A DNA stretch of 54,776 bases from Acidimicrobiia bacterium (GCA_038904395.1 JBCKKC010000004.1:1-54776); one strand, 5' to 3'; positions 34,502-44,241 are shown, counted from the stretch's first letter. Notes: generated by a model from the sequence alone, not told the origin. Numbers and translations are program-made.

Positions 34502-36054
34502 TCACCCCCGTTGAGGTTCTGGTTCGGCCCAGCTCTCTGGCCACGTGGTGACACCCGGAAAGGCCAAGCCCCGACGAACTCGCAGCTGACATAGTGCTCC
34601 GCCAGGTGGGGGATAAGGAAGGGCGCTGCGCGCCCTGACAATTTGAAATGGATGATTCCATTCACGGCGGCAAGGCCCAAGCATGGCCTTCCCGTGGGAG
34701 GATCTACGACGGATAATAGGTCACTTCCTGCAGTAACCCACGCGGGCACAAGAAGGTCTCCACCGGAGCCTATTATTCCAACGAATTGGTTGGCCGACAA
34801 GTCCAAGACGCCCAAGCCGGAGGGGCAGGGTTGCGATCCACACTTAACCGTCATGTGATAGGGCTGGGGTTGCGTCGTGGTCGTTGTGGTGGGGGGTGGC
34901 TTTGTAGTTGTTGTCGTCGTGGTCGTGGTCGTATTTGTGGTTGTGGTTGTGGTTGTGGGGGGTGGTGGTGGACCACCTATCGTTTGAACCTGCGTATATC
35001 CGGTTGTGGGGGTGCCGTGCCAGACAGATACGGTGTTACTAGTCGCAGCTATGAATACATTGTCGTTCTGGTCAACTGCAGGATATTGAAAACTCCGTTC
35101 GGCGGTCGAAGGTATCCGTGCATTAGTCGAATTGTATCCGGCTGCTGGGCTGCCGCTCCAGACAGACACAATCTGCCACGCCGTAGCCATGAATACAGTG
35201 CCCTTGCTGTCAACTGCAAAGTGACCGCTGTCGGGTATCGTATTAGCAGACTGCGTGTATCCATCTTTTGGGTTCCCACTCCAGATGGTGGTTGGCCCAT
35301 TATCTTGCTCGTCGTATCCGATAAATAGGTTGCCGCCGTTGTCGAGCGCAACGGACCTAATAAATGACTGCTGGACTGGCGATACGCTCCCCGTCTGCTT
35401 ATATTCAACTGGGTCGGGGCTCCAGATAGATACGCCAAAACCATCAGCTATGAATACGTTGTCGTCCTTGTCGACAGCAACTCCATTGGGGGTGTTGCCG
35501 CTACTTAGTGTTATTTTGGTTACCTTTGTGTATCTATCGGCTGCACTCAAGATGTGTACGCTGGAATTTTGGGAGATGAATAGGTCGCCCGTGCTGTTAA
35601 CTGCGAGGCCCAGGGGGACGTTGTCGATTGATATATCCCTTCGCCATTGGTAACCTTTGTCTGGGCTGCCGCTCCATACATGCACCAGGGGGTTGGACCA
35701 GTTGTTGTTGGCTATGAATACATTTCCGCTGTTGTCAACAGCCATGGGACCTATGCTGTTCATCGTGTGCTGAGGGGTTTCGGATTGGGGCCGGCTTGCT
35801 TGCCGGGTCGCAGAGCACGCGGCCAACAAGAAAATCCCGACAGAGAGCAGGCTGACGAGCTTGTAAAGCGAATTTGTTTTGGGTCGGGATTTTCCTATTC
35901 CCTTGGTGTGCCAAGAATGTTCTCGTGCTGTGCTGTGCTGTGCATTGGTGACTCCAATCGAAAGGTCAATTCCCCTATCGGCACTCAGCCACCAAACCTT
36001 AAATCTTTTCGGGTGAGGGCTTCCTTCGGTGTAATCATTCACCCCTCTCGTCAT
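34483..36054 (-). CDS. Six-bladed beta-propeller lipoprotein with a poly-Thr/Pro linker and an unknown C-terminal domain
   Basis: Six repeats of D(N/S/K)xGN(V/L)FIA ... V(S)VWSG(S/N)PxxGY. Lipobox LLAACS. Linker PPPPPTTTTTTTNTTTTTTTTTTKPPPTTTTTT. The only in-frame ATG lies about 80 codons upstream of the signal and inside an A2 repeat, so the start is uncertain. Confidence 0.6.
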   Translation of the reverse strand: MTRGVNDYTEGSPHPKRFKVWWLSADRGIDLSIGVTNAQHSTAREHSWHTKGIGKSRPKTNSLYKLVSLLSVGIFLLAACSATRQASRPQSETPQHTMNSIGPMAVDNSGNVFIANNNWSNPLVHVWSGSPDKGYQWRRDISIDNVPLGLAVNSTGDLFISQNSSVHILSAADRYTKVTKITLSSGNTPNGVAVDKDDNVFIADGFGVSIWSPDPVEYKQTGSVSPVQQSFIRSVALDNGGNLFIGYDEQDNGPTTIWSGNPKDGYTQSANTIPDSGHFAVDSKGTVFMATAWQIVSVWSGSPAAGYNSTNARIPSTAERSFQYPAVDQNDNVFIAATSNTVSVWHGTPTTGYTQVQTIGGPPPPPTTTTTTTNTTTTTTTTTTKPPPTTTTTTQPQPYHMTVKCGSQPCPSGLGVLDLSANQFVGIIGSGGDLLVPAWVTAGSDLLSVVDPPTGRPCLGLAAVNGIIHFKLSGRAAPFLIPHLAEHYVSCEFVGAWPFRVSPRGQRAGPNQNLNGGEERDRC

Positions 36055-36155
36055 CCTGAGCCCTGGCGCCAGCCAGGGCGTGAGGATCCATCGGAGCCTG
36101 CCCTGAGCGAGGCGGCAGCCGAGCGTGAGGGGTGTAGCCGCAGATCCAGCCGAAG
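36049..36155 (+). repeat. A2 hairpin element with an extended 3' module
   Basis: CGTCATCCTGAGCCCTGGCGCCAGCCAGGGCGTGAGGATCCATCGG ... GTAGCCGCAGATCCAGCCGAAGG. Confidence 0.8.
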
Positions 36156-36301
36156 GCCAGGAGTGGGGGAACTATTCGTCTCACCGCTGATATTGCAAAC
36201 CAGCTGAGTCGCGTGGGTGAAAATTTTTTCGCGGAGGGTGTAAGCGGGGGGGAGGTGGATTGTCTTATCTCATAGCAAAGTAAATCCATGAGAGGAGACC
36301 C

Positions 36302-36607
36302 ATGATGAAGAGGCGATTGAAGAGTCTGGTTGTGGCAGTGGGAATTGCGGTGGCAGTGGGGGGCGTTTCAGCTCCGGCACTGGCCAAGCCGAACAATGGC
36401 GGATCTGGCGACAAGAAGTCTTGCACCGGGTCCGATGGGGAGCAGTACACGCACGGTTCCGTATTTGTCACTTACATCAGAGTCGGTGGCAAGTTGCACA
36501 CTGCCTACACATACAAGTGCAACGATGGCAAGTGGGAGTCGGTTAGCGTCAGAGTTGGTCCAACGGGATCGGCGGTGTCGCAATTCGGAGCAGTATTGGT
36601 GCGGTAG
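36302..36607 (+). CDS. Small secreted protein (hypothetical)
   Basis: GAGAGGAG RBS and signal peptide MMKRRLKSLVVAVGIAVAVGGVSAPALA. Confidence 0.6.
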   Translation: MMKRRLKSLVVAVGIAVAVGGVSAPALAKPNNGGSGDKKSCTGSDGEQYTHGSVFVTYIRVGGKLHTAYTYKCNDGKWESVSVRVGPTGSAVSQFGAVLVR

Positions 36608-37058
36608 TGCATTTGATGCGGAGCTTTGAATGGTGCAGGGAGCTCCACGGCCGGCGATTGGCAGGGTGCACGATCGGCTCCGCCGGCAGTCGGGGCTGCT
36701 CCTTGTCGCTGGCCTGTGGGTGATATGCTGTTTGGCTGTTGACCAAATAGGCTGATGTCCGGCCTAGGCCATGTCGGTTTGAATTGGATGCGCAGGGAGC
36801 GAGCTGTGCGAATAGGTCCATCGACGACAGAATTCGTTTGACCTCGTACAAAACACAGTGGTAGTCATTGGGCGGTGGATGGACGGAAGTGGCTTCTGGT
36901 CTGTCACACCTGACTCAGTGGGGACTGAGATTACTTTACTAATTTCTTGGCGGTTCCTTGGTCACCCAGAGTTTGGGCAATGACTTGTCTGAATTCTCGT
37001 CAGCCTCTTTATTAGGATCGTTGGAATATAGCTGGCAGAGGTTGTTGGAGGTTGACCG

Positions 37059-38453
37059 ATGGGCAAGAAGAACCACAAGGCGGCATCAGCGGCTCGCCGT
37101 TGTGCCCGAAAAGCGAAACGAGCTCAGCGGGCGAAGACACACGAGTCTGCATCGCCATATCGTGATGGCATCCGCACCGAACACGATATTTTCGGGGAAG
37201 TAGTTTGCTCATGGCGTGCAACCTTTGGGGCCTTGGTCATGGGGGACGCTGCTCGTGCTCGTCTCATGGTTGACAGCCTTTGCCTGCTGCAAAATCAGTC
37301 TGGCACATCGGTAGTTGGTGACGTTCTTGAGTTGGAGCTGCTTGAAGCACTGCGAGATCTTTGGAAATCTGGCTGGCAGCCAGTTGAGCTCGTTCGTCAG
37401 GTTCGACGCAAACACAAGAGCGCTCACGACGAACTTGTTGCGGCAGCAATCATCGCGCAATCATGCGAATATCTCGAACCTGCACCCGGGGCGCGGCGCT
37501 TCGAGAGCGCTGAGTGGGTGGACCAGCTCGATACGCTCGCGGAAAGATTTGAACTACATGAGTCGGTGCCGAAGCCGGGATTTGTGACTTCATGGGTACG
37601 TCAGACTGTCATCGATGATCCTGGAGCTTACCTTGTTGGCGCTGAAACGGTTGTTGCTCTGCGAGCGCTTCCCGAAATCCCAATAGTAGGGGAGTGTCCA
37701 GGCGCGCGGAAACCTGCAAACTCTCGTCATCATGTTGGTTTGCCGATCAAACTTGTTGACAAGGTGCAGGCCCTGCTGGCTAAAGCAGAGGCGACCGAGT
37801 TTGAACAGGAAGCGGATGCCCTTACGCAGAAGGCGCAAGAACTAATGAGCCGACACTCAATCGATGCGGCTCTCCTCGCTGCATGTTCGGATGGGCCAGA
37901 TCGCGAGACACCAACTCAGCAGAGAATATTAGTTGACGACCCATACTCTGCAGGAAAGTCTTTGCTGCTTCAGGTGGTTGCGCAGGCCAATAGGTGTCGA
38001 ACAGCCTGGTGGGAGCCTTTCGGGTTTACGATGGTTGCTGGGTTCCAGTGTGATATCGAAATTGCGGAGCTTCTTTATGGCTCGCTCTTGGTTCAGGCTA
38101 CGATGGCGATGCTCGCTCACGGTTCTATTCGGGATGAATTTGGGCGAGTCAGCACAACTTCATTTCGTAAGTCATTCGTGGTAAGTTTCGCGAATCGCAT
38201 TGGAGATCGACTGGCCGAGTCAGTGGATGCTGCAGTGGATGCAGTTTCTTCGGAAGTTGACGACCAAAGTGGCCTATTACCTGTACTGGCGAGTCGCGAA
38301 GGCGAAGTTCGCTCATTTGCGGAGCAGCATTTTGGAAACTTGAAGAGTTCGAGTCTCACTGTGACTAACCATCGTGGACTTGTCGCTGGCACAATCGCTG
38401 CAAACACGGCCGATCTGACCATTCTGAACGAGATGGCACCGCAAAGCGATTAG
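37059..38453 (+). CDS. DUF2786-containing protein (hypothetical)
   Basis: GGAGG RBS. The central KLVDKVQALLAKAEATEFEQEADALTQKAQELMSRHSI matches my recollection of the DUF2786 helical pattern. Confidence 0.6.
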   Translation: MGKKNHKAASAARRCARKAKRAQRAKTHESASPYRDGIRTEHDIFGEVVCSWRATFGALVMGDAARARLMVDSLCLLQNQSGTSVVGDVLELELLEALRDLWKSGWQPVELVRQVRRKHKSAHDELVAAAIIAQSCEYLEPAPGARRFESAEWVDQLDTLAERFELHESVPKPGFVTSWVRQTVIDDPGAYLVGAETVVALRALPEIPIVGECPGARKPANSRHHVGLPIKLVDKVQALLAKAEATEFEQEADALTQKAQELMSRHSIDAALLAACSDGPDRETPTQQRILVDDPYSAGKSLLLQVVAQANRCRTAWWEPFGFTMVAGFQCDIEIAELLYGSLLVQATMAMLAHGSIRDEFGRVSTTSFRKSFVVSFANRIGDRLAESVDAAVDAVSSEVDDQSGLLPVLASREGEVRSFAEQHFGNLKSSSLTVTNHRGLVAGTIAANTADLTILNEMAPQSD

Positions 38454-38543
38454 CCGGTTGACGGGCACACGCCGGTCTTTTCCATCGAGTGGGTCAGCTG
38501 ATTTCTGGTTAGATGTGCGGCAGTGTTTTGGTAAGGAGGGTTC

Positions 38544-39020
38544 ATGTTCAGAGAAATAAATGTTCAAGAGAATGGCCGATGTGCTTCGGGGTCGAGTCGA
38601 AAACGTGGCTTTTGGAAGCTCGCAATTGTTTTTGGCCTCGGCTTCGTAAGCCTTGGGCTGCTCGCCAATTCCGCTAGTGCTAGCCAATCTGACTCACATG
38701 GCGAGGTTCGCAAGGATGGGATCACGCATTTCGACACAGTGCGAGAGGTAACAGTCGAAGGCACAGAGATTGGCTGGCAATTCTCGTCGGATGTTCCCTA
38801 TGGCAACACAGAGGTATGTGTCACGGCTGTAGGTGAACTATTTAAACCACTTGGGGACTGGGTTCCCTTCACCAATAGCGGCGAGCTCAAGAAGCTAGCG
38901 AGCAAGGTGCCTGTCGGAACTAAATTTCGCTTCGCTGCGAGGCGGGGAGGGGAGATTCAGCCGACTTCAAAGGAAGCAGAGCATTTCAACTGCATAATTG
39001 TTTGGGACATTACCTTCTAG
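38544..39020 (+). CDS. Small secreted protein (hypothetical)
   Basis: AAGGAGG RBS and signal/anchor WKLAIVFGLGFVSLGLLANSASA. Confidence 0.6.
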   Translation: MFREINVQENGRCASGSSRKRGFWKLAIVFGLGFVSLGLLANSASASQSDSHGEVRKDGITHFDTVREVTVEGTEIGWQFSSDVPYGNTEVCVTAVGELFKPLGDWVPFTNSGELKKLASKVPVGTKFRFAARRGGEIQPTSKEAEHFNCIIVWDITF

Positions 39021-39092
39021 GGGGGACGACTAAGCCGAGGTCGCTTAACCCAAGCACATTCGATCACCGGTTACACAAAAAACCGACAGTTT

Positions 39093-40364
39093 CTACCACA
39101 CGCACGGGAACGCAACCCGGAGCAATGGTCGTTCGGTAGAGGAATCTGCTAGTGCTTTGAGTGGATCAAGGGGCGCATCGGCTGGCGCGAGATTGGGCGA
39201 TCGGTCATTGTCGCAGTCAGCCGGTGCTGCTCTTGCGGGTCCACCGGTCTCGAGTATTGGTTCGGCTACTAAACGGGTCGTGCCTGTTGCTGTTGGCATG
39301 GCTTGTCTGGGATTGAACGCCACACAGCGTACCCGTCCGCAAGGCTGGGGCTCCGGTTCTGGTACTCGGGTGGGTATCGTCGGCTCCCGCGGTGGATTGT
39401 TGGTGGTTGACGCAGAGCTAGCGCCACGGCGTCTTGGGGCTGCGTTGAAGAACTCATCTTCAGTCGTCCCGTAGAGAGTGTCGACCGTGGTCCAGGCCCT
39501 CCCCGTAGTTTCAATGCCCTTCGTGCCGGTGAAATCCACATTCGCAAGGGACGTCAATTGGAACGAAACCCTGTCGATGGTTGCCTCGACGAAACTGCAC
39601 CCGATGAGAATGGCTCGTCCGAATTGAGCTGAGGTCAGGTCGGCACCAATGAATTTCACGCCGTTGAGAGTTGATTGTCGAAAGCAAGTGTATCGAGCTA
39701 CCGCTTGTGAGAAGTATGAAGTGGTGATTTTAGCTGAGCTGAATGTGGCGTTCTCAATATCGGCTTTATGAAATTGGCAAGTATGTAACTCTGCGCCCGA
39801 AAAACTTGCATTAGCGAGTCTGGCATTTTTGAATGTCACCCTTCCCAGAGCAGCATTGCTAAAACCGTTGAATCCCAAATTCGGATGGTCTTGCTCTAGG
39901 CTGGCCCCATTGAAGCTCACGTTTTGTAGTCGGGCATGGGCGAAATCTGTGCTTCGGAGATCTGCACCCTCGAAGGTAACTCTCTCGAGAGTTGCACGTT
40001 GGAAATTGGCACCGGCAAGGTTCGCTCCAATGAAGCGGACATTGGTTAGTTTCGCTCCTGGGAAGGATGCTCCGTCCAGCACTGCGCCTGAGAAGTCGCA
40101 GCCATCAATTGTCTTGCCCGCAAAGTCGGCATTTCGAAGGACTTGATTTCGGAAGTCCTTGGCAGAAAGATGCTCAGGGGCCGCTTGTTGGGTCCGATCG
40201 CTCTCGCTCATCATGGATAGAGCTGGTTGCGCCGGAGTAGCTAGAGCTAACACTGCGATGGCAACAACAATGACGCTGGGTCCCAATCTTTGCAATGTAC
40301 CTGCTCCCAATGGCTTGTCGATACTTTTGATACCGGGAGACCTGAACCCATCGATCGTGCTCAA
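39093..40364 (-). CDS. Pentapeptide-repeat protein with an N-terminal signal/anchor
   Basis: About 45 consecutive A(D/N)LxX-type pentapeptides (ADFAGKTIDGCDFSGAVLDGASFPGAKLTNVRFIGANLAGANF...). Confidence 0.8.
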   Translation of the reverse strand: MSTIDGFRSPGIKSIDKPLGAGTLQRLGPSVIVVAIAVLALATPAQPALSMMSESDRTQQAAPEHLSAKDFRNQVLRNADFAGKTIDGCDFSGAVLDGASFPGAKLTNVRFIGANLAGANFQRATLERVTFEGADLRSTDFAHARLQNVSFNGASLEQDHPNLGFNGFSNAALGRVTFKNARLANASFSGAELHTCQFHKADIENATFSSAKITTSYFSQAVARYTCFRQSTLNGVKFIGADLTSAQFGRAILIGCSFVEATIDRVSFQLTSLANVDFTGTKGIETTGRAWTTVDTLYGTTEDEFFNAAPRRRGASSASTTNNPPREPTIPTRVPEPEPQPCGRVRCVAFNPRQAMPTATGTTRLVAEPILETGGPARAAPADCDNDRSPNLAPADAPLDPLKALADSSTERPLLRVAFPCVW

Positions 40365-41048
40365 GATCCGAAGGGAAACGCACCTAGACTACCAACCGGC
40401 TAAACAAATTGGAAAACCAGCCCGCTGACAAACTCCTTCAACGCTGCGAATTGACGGTCGGTTAGCATGTCTGTTTATGTGCGACTAGAGGACGGAACCT
40501 AGTGCGACCCGGAATTGCCTTGATAATGATCTTGTTGCTCGTCGCGATCGTGGCGGCAACCTTCGTGCAACTGGTAATCATGGCGGGTTAGGAGTTCGGG
40601 CCCGTAAATGCGCACTAGGGATTTTATATCATTGGTGGCAAGTTTGGGAGTCGTTGGGCGTGGCCTTCGGCCTGAAGTCTCTGGGGGAAGTGGTTCTCGT
40701 GGGGGCGGTTGGTTATGGGCCGGGCTGGGAGGCTGCTCCACGTTTGGGTGAGGTACCTTCACATGAAGCCCACCCCCACCGAGAACCCGGTGTCGGCGTT
40801 GGTTGCCGTTACGTTTTCTTGTATCGGATCTATCCTCGGATAACTTAACTATTTTTCCAAAATTTCTTTCAATCGGCTTCGCTAGAGTTATCCAAATGCT
40901 GCTCCTATAGCTTTTCGCCCACTCCAGTCCCAGCCGATGCCTTGCATTTCTCTGCGCCGCGGGTACGGATGGGCTGCTCTGTCTGATTCGTAGGCGGTTT
41001 CATTTCTCTCGCCCGCCTCCTCGTACACTTCCAAACAAGGAGCTCCTT

Positions 41049-42707
41049 ATGTTGCGTGCGCAAAATCTTGGCAAGTCTTTTGATGCACAAACGATCTTTC
41101 ACGGTGTTTCGCTGACTCTTGGACCTCGCAGCCGTGTGGGCATTGTGGGACCCAACGGTATCGGTAAGACAACCTTGCTGCGGATTCTGGCCGGTTTAGA
41201 GACGGCTGATGATGGCCAGGTGACCCGATCGCCCGAGTCGCTCACCGTTGGGTACTTGCCCCAAGAGGCAGACTTCCGTGGTGGGGAAGTAGTTGTTGAG
41301 ACCTTGGCCCGGTTGACGGGGGTTGGTGAGGCTGAAACCCGCCTCGATGAGCTGGCCGCCGAATTGGAATCAGATGTATCACAGCTCGATGCATACCACA
41401 GTGCTCTTGAACACTTTGTTGCGCTCGGCGGCGGCGACTTTGAGGACCGATGCGCAACGGTGTGCGGCCAAGTCGGGCTCACCCCAGCGTTACTCGAGCA
41501 GCCCGGACCGAGCCTTTCGGGTGGGGAAGCGTCACGGGTCGGATTGGCCGCCGTCATGTTGTCACGTTATGACGTTCTGCTTCTGGATGAGCCGACCAAT
41601 AATTTGGACTTTGCCGGTATCGAACAGATTGAGTCCTTCTTGGGTAGTTATTCGGGAGGGCTGGCCGTGGTTTCGCACGATCGGGTCTTCCTCGAGCGCG
41701 TGGTGGATTCAGTGCTTGAGCTCAATGAAGGCACAAGAGACGCTGCGCTTTATACAGGCGGATGGCTTGCATACCTTGACGAAAAGGCCTCGGCTCAACA
41801 ACGGGCCCAAACTGGCTATGACCAGTATGTGGGGGAGCGTCAGCGCCTGCAAAAGCAGATCCGTGACAAGCAGGAGTGGGCTCAAAAAGGTGCTGGCCGG
41901 GCAAAGCGCAAGCCCGATCCCGATAAGTTCGTCCAGTTCAAGCGTGTCAGTGATTCTCAAGGCGTTGCTTCCAAGGCTAAGGCGGCGGAGGGTAAAATCG
42001 CACGGTTGAAGCCGGTTGCCAAACCTTGGCAAGGCTGGCGGCTCAATTTGCAACTCGAATCGGCACCACGAAGTGGCGAGATCGTCTTTACCCTCAACGA
42101 GGCTGTTGCTGACGTCGGTGGTTTTCGCCTCGGGCCGATCAGCCTAGAAGTTTATTTCGGGGATCGGATTGCCATTACGGGCCGCAACGGGGCGGGTAAG
42201 TCAACGTTGCTCAAGGCATTGCTGGGTGAGATCCAGCTGTCTGGTGGTACACGTCATGTGGGCGCCAGAGTAGTAGTGGGCACTCTCGACCAGGATCGCA
42301 GTCTGTTCCTGAGTGACGCTTCTCTGCTGTCTGTAGTGTGCGAAGCGTCCGGCTTAGTCCCAGAAGAGGCCCGAAACTTGTTGGCGAAGTTCGGTCTTTC
42401 AGCCGACCACATTGCCCGCCCTAGCAACTCGCTGTCACCCGGCGAACGTACCCGCTCTCAACTGGCCATCTTCTCGGCCCAAGGGGTTAACTGCCTGATC
42501 CTCGATGAGCCAACGAACCATCTCGACTTGCCCGCCCTAGAACAGCTAGAGAGTGCACTCGAAACCTATGATGGCACCCTGATCTTGGTTTCACACGACC
42601 GGTACTTGCTATCCAAGGTTGCAACGGGTCGCCGGATTGAAGTTGAAGCCGAACGGGCAACGGTCGACGGCAAGTCCAAGATGGTTTCAGGAATTTCCGA
42701 ACGCTAG
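41049..42707 (+). CDS. ABC-F family ATPase (two ABC domains, no TM domain)
   Basis: Two Walker A motifs (GPNGIGKTT, GRNGAGKST), two signatures (LSGGE, LSPGE) and an inter-domain charged linker. AAGGAG RBS. Confidence 0.85.
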   Translation: MLRAQNLGKSFDAQTIFHGVSLTLGPRSRVGIVGPNGIGKTTLLRILAGLETADDGQVTRSPESLTVGYLPQEADFRGGEVVVETLARLTGVGEAETRLDELAAELESDVSQLDAYHSALEHFVALGGGDFEDRCATVCGQVGLTPALLEQPGPSLSGGEASRVGLAAVMLSRYDVLLLDEPTNNLDFAGIEQIESFLGSYSGGLAVVSHDRVFLERVVDSVLELNEGTRDAALYTGGWLAYLDEKASAQQRAQTGYDQYVGERQRLQKQIRDKQEWAQKGAGRAKRKPDPDKFVQFKRVSDSQGVASKAKAAEGKIARLKPVAKPWQGWRLNLQLESAPRSGEIVFTLNEAVADVGGFRLGPISLEVYFGDRIAITGRNGAGKSTLLKALLGEIQLSGGTRHVGARVVVGTLDQDRSLFLSDASLLSVVCEASGLVPEEARNLLAKFGLSADHIARPSNSLSPGERTRSQLAIFSAQGVNCLILDEPTNHLDLPALEQLESALETYDGTLILVSHDRYLLSKVATGRRIEVEAERATVDGKSKMVSGISER

Positions 42708-42722
42708 TTGCGGGGAGTGGTC

Positions 42723-42995
42723 ATGGGTCGAGGAGTGATTGATCTAATTCTTTTTGGACGAGCTGACTGTTGCCTGTGTGATTCTGGAGAGTGGATCGTG
42801 GCGCGAGTTGCCAGGAGAATCCCGCTAACCGTCGAGAAGGTCGATATCGACAGCGATCCAGACCTTGTCGCCAAGTATGGGGAGCGCATCCCCGTTATTG
42901 CTACTCGTGCAGGCGAGGTTCTTGCCGAGGGTAGAATCTCTGAACGCGAACTCAAGCGCCGCTTGTCGAAGGTCTTCTCCCCTCCGTCATCCTGA
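42723..42995 (+). CDS. Glutaredoxin-like protein (DUF836 type)
   Basis: LILFGRADCCLCD (CxxC) ... DIDSDPDLVAKYGERIPVI. GGGGAG RBS. The last codons and the TGA stop lie inside the repeat that starts at 42985. Confidence 0.7.
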   Translation: MGRGVIDLILFGRADCCLCDSGEWIVARVARRIPLTVEKVDIDSDPDLVAKYGERIPVIATRAGEVLAEGRISERELKRRLSKVFSPPSS

Positions 42996-43095
42996 GGGAG
43001 CCGCTAGGCGACCGTGAGGATCCATCTGTGGCGAAGCCGCAGACCAACCCACAGATTCGATCCATTTTGAATTGCTCGCTTCGCTGGCAATGACG
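42985..43095 (+). repeat. Composite ~110-bp MITE-like element, second copy
   Basis: Aligns end to end with 1127-1236. Confidence 0.8.
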
Positions 43096-43120
43096 GCAAG
43101 CGGCGAACGATTTGAATTGG

Positions 43121-43933
43121 CTAGTGGCCGGCCGGTTTTTCGGCGGCGGGCGGAGCGCCAGCCGCACCTTCGCCGGGCGGCCCTGGGGCGCCGACGGCCG
43201 CAGCGGCGGCGGGAATTGAATCGGGTGATGCGCCACCAAATGTGACTCGCTCGAAGATAACGACAGCTCGGATTTCTTCGGGCGTTAAGGTTCCTTCAAA
43301 GGCTGGCATCAAACCGGGCGTTGCGCCCTTGCCCTCGTTGCCGTTGATACCAAAGGGGCCCGAAGCCTTGTTGGCCACGTTGTTGACCCAGGCGACGTGT
43401 TCGTCGAAATTGGGGAAGACTTCATTGACTGGTTTCATCGCAGGGCCGGCGCCGCCACCGCCTGTTGGGCCATGGCACTGGGCACAATACTGGGCGTAAA
43501 TCGCTTTGCCGTCGGGGCCCTTGGTTGCAGTACTGGCTACTTCGCCCGTGGAAATGAACGCTCCGATTAGAGCCAGCGCCAAGATCGGGACAATGAAGTA
43601 GACGGGAATTAGCCAACCCGGCACTTTTGCGCCGCTGCCTCTGCGTCTCATGCCCGAAGGAGTAGAGGCAGGCCCATAAATTCTTTCGGGCCCTGACACT
43701 GCCATCGCGGCTATTGGCACGGCCGGGGGTGGCGCGGTGCTTGGAGCGGCAACAGGGGTGGCGGCTACGGGAGGAGCGGCAGGTGGCGCTGCAGGGGCCT
43801 GTGCTGGCGGGCTCTCGTCAGGTGCGGCGCTTTCGCTTTCGCTTGCTGCGGCGGGAGCTGGCCCACTTGAGCCCGTGGCGCGGGCCCGAGCTTCTTGAGA
43901 TCTTTTCAGTAAATGTTCTGGAATTTCAACCAT
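43121..43933 (-). CDS. Membrane-anchored monohaem class I cytochrome c with a Pro/Ala-rich N-terminal extension
   Basis: One CxxCH (CAQCHG), one TM helix (WLIPVYFIVPILALALIGAFI) and the N-terminus MVEIPEHLLKRSQEAR. Confidence 0.75.
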   Translation of the reverse strand: MVEIPEHLLKRSQEARARATGSSGPAPAAASESESAAPDESPPAQAPAAPPAAPPVAATPVAAPSTAPPPAVPIAAMAVSGPERIYGPASTPSGMRRRGSGAKVPGWLIPVYFIVPILALALIGAFISTGEVASTATKGPDGKAIYAQYCAQCHGPTGGGGAGPAMKPVNEVFPNFDEHVAWVNNVANKASGPFGINGNEGKGATPGLMPAFEGTLTPEEIRAVVIFERVTFGGASPDSIPAAAAAVGAPGPPGEGAAGAPPAAEKPAGH

Positions 43934-43988
43934 CTAGTCCTGCCAACGGCCTTCCACCTACATACCCGATCTGACGCGGCTCATCGCA

Positions 43989-44210
43989 TCACTTGTCACG
44001 CTTCGACAAACGCCCGCTTGCAGCAGTCCATATCAGAAGAACCATGGAAGCGGTTGCCAAAATGAGTCCGACGACAAGCGCCGGTATCCGCAGTGCAATG
44101 GCTATGATATACAGTTTTCCCTCCTGATAGCCGGGAACGGTGCTTTCCGTCGGGGTGACCGGGGTGTCCCCGGTTTCCTGAGCCGCCGGTGGGTAATCAT
44201 AGCCGCGCAC
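43989..44210 (-). CDS. Possible small single-TM protein (73 aa) between resC and the cytochrome c gene
   Basis: AGGAG lies 10 nt upstream of a GTG start. There is a clear TM segment LYIIAIALRIPALVVGLILATASMVLLIW. This is the non-overlapping tail of track ORF 43989-44603. Confidence 0.35.
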   Translation of the reverse strand: MRGYDYPPAAQETGDTPVTPTESTVPGYQEGKLYIIAIALRIPALVVGLILATASMVLLIWTAASGRLSKRDK

Positions 44211-44241
44211 GGAACCAGCGCTCCTATCGGCGCAAAGGCCC

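Noticed and set aside
40499-40762. 87-aa minus-strand ORF (Pro-rich N-terminus, ...LHEGCRHDRDEQQDHYQ C-terminus)
   Set aside because: There is no RBS, no recognisable motif and the composition is skewed. The support is insufficient to call it a gene.
40765-41048. AT-rich spacer with one near-consensus DnaA box (TTATCCAAA) and GGATAAC, considered as an origin-like region
   Set aside because: There is only one 8/9 match. The AT-richness is adequately explained by this being the promoter region of the ABC-F gene.
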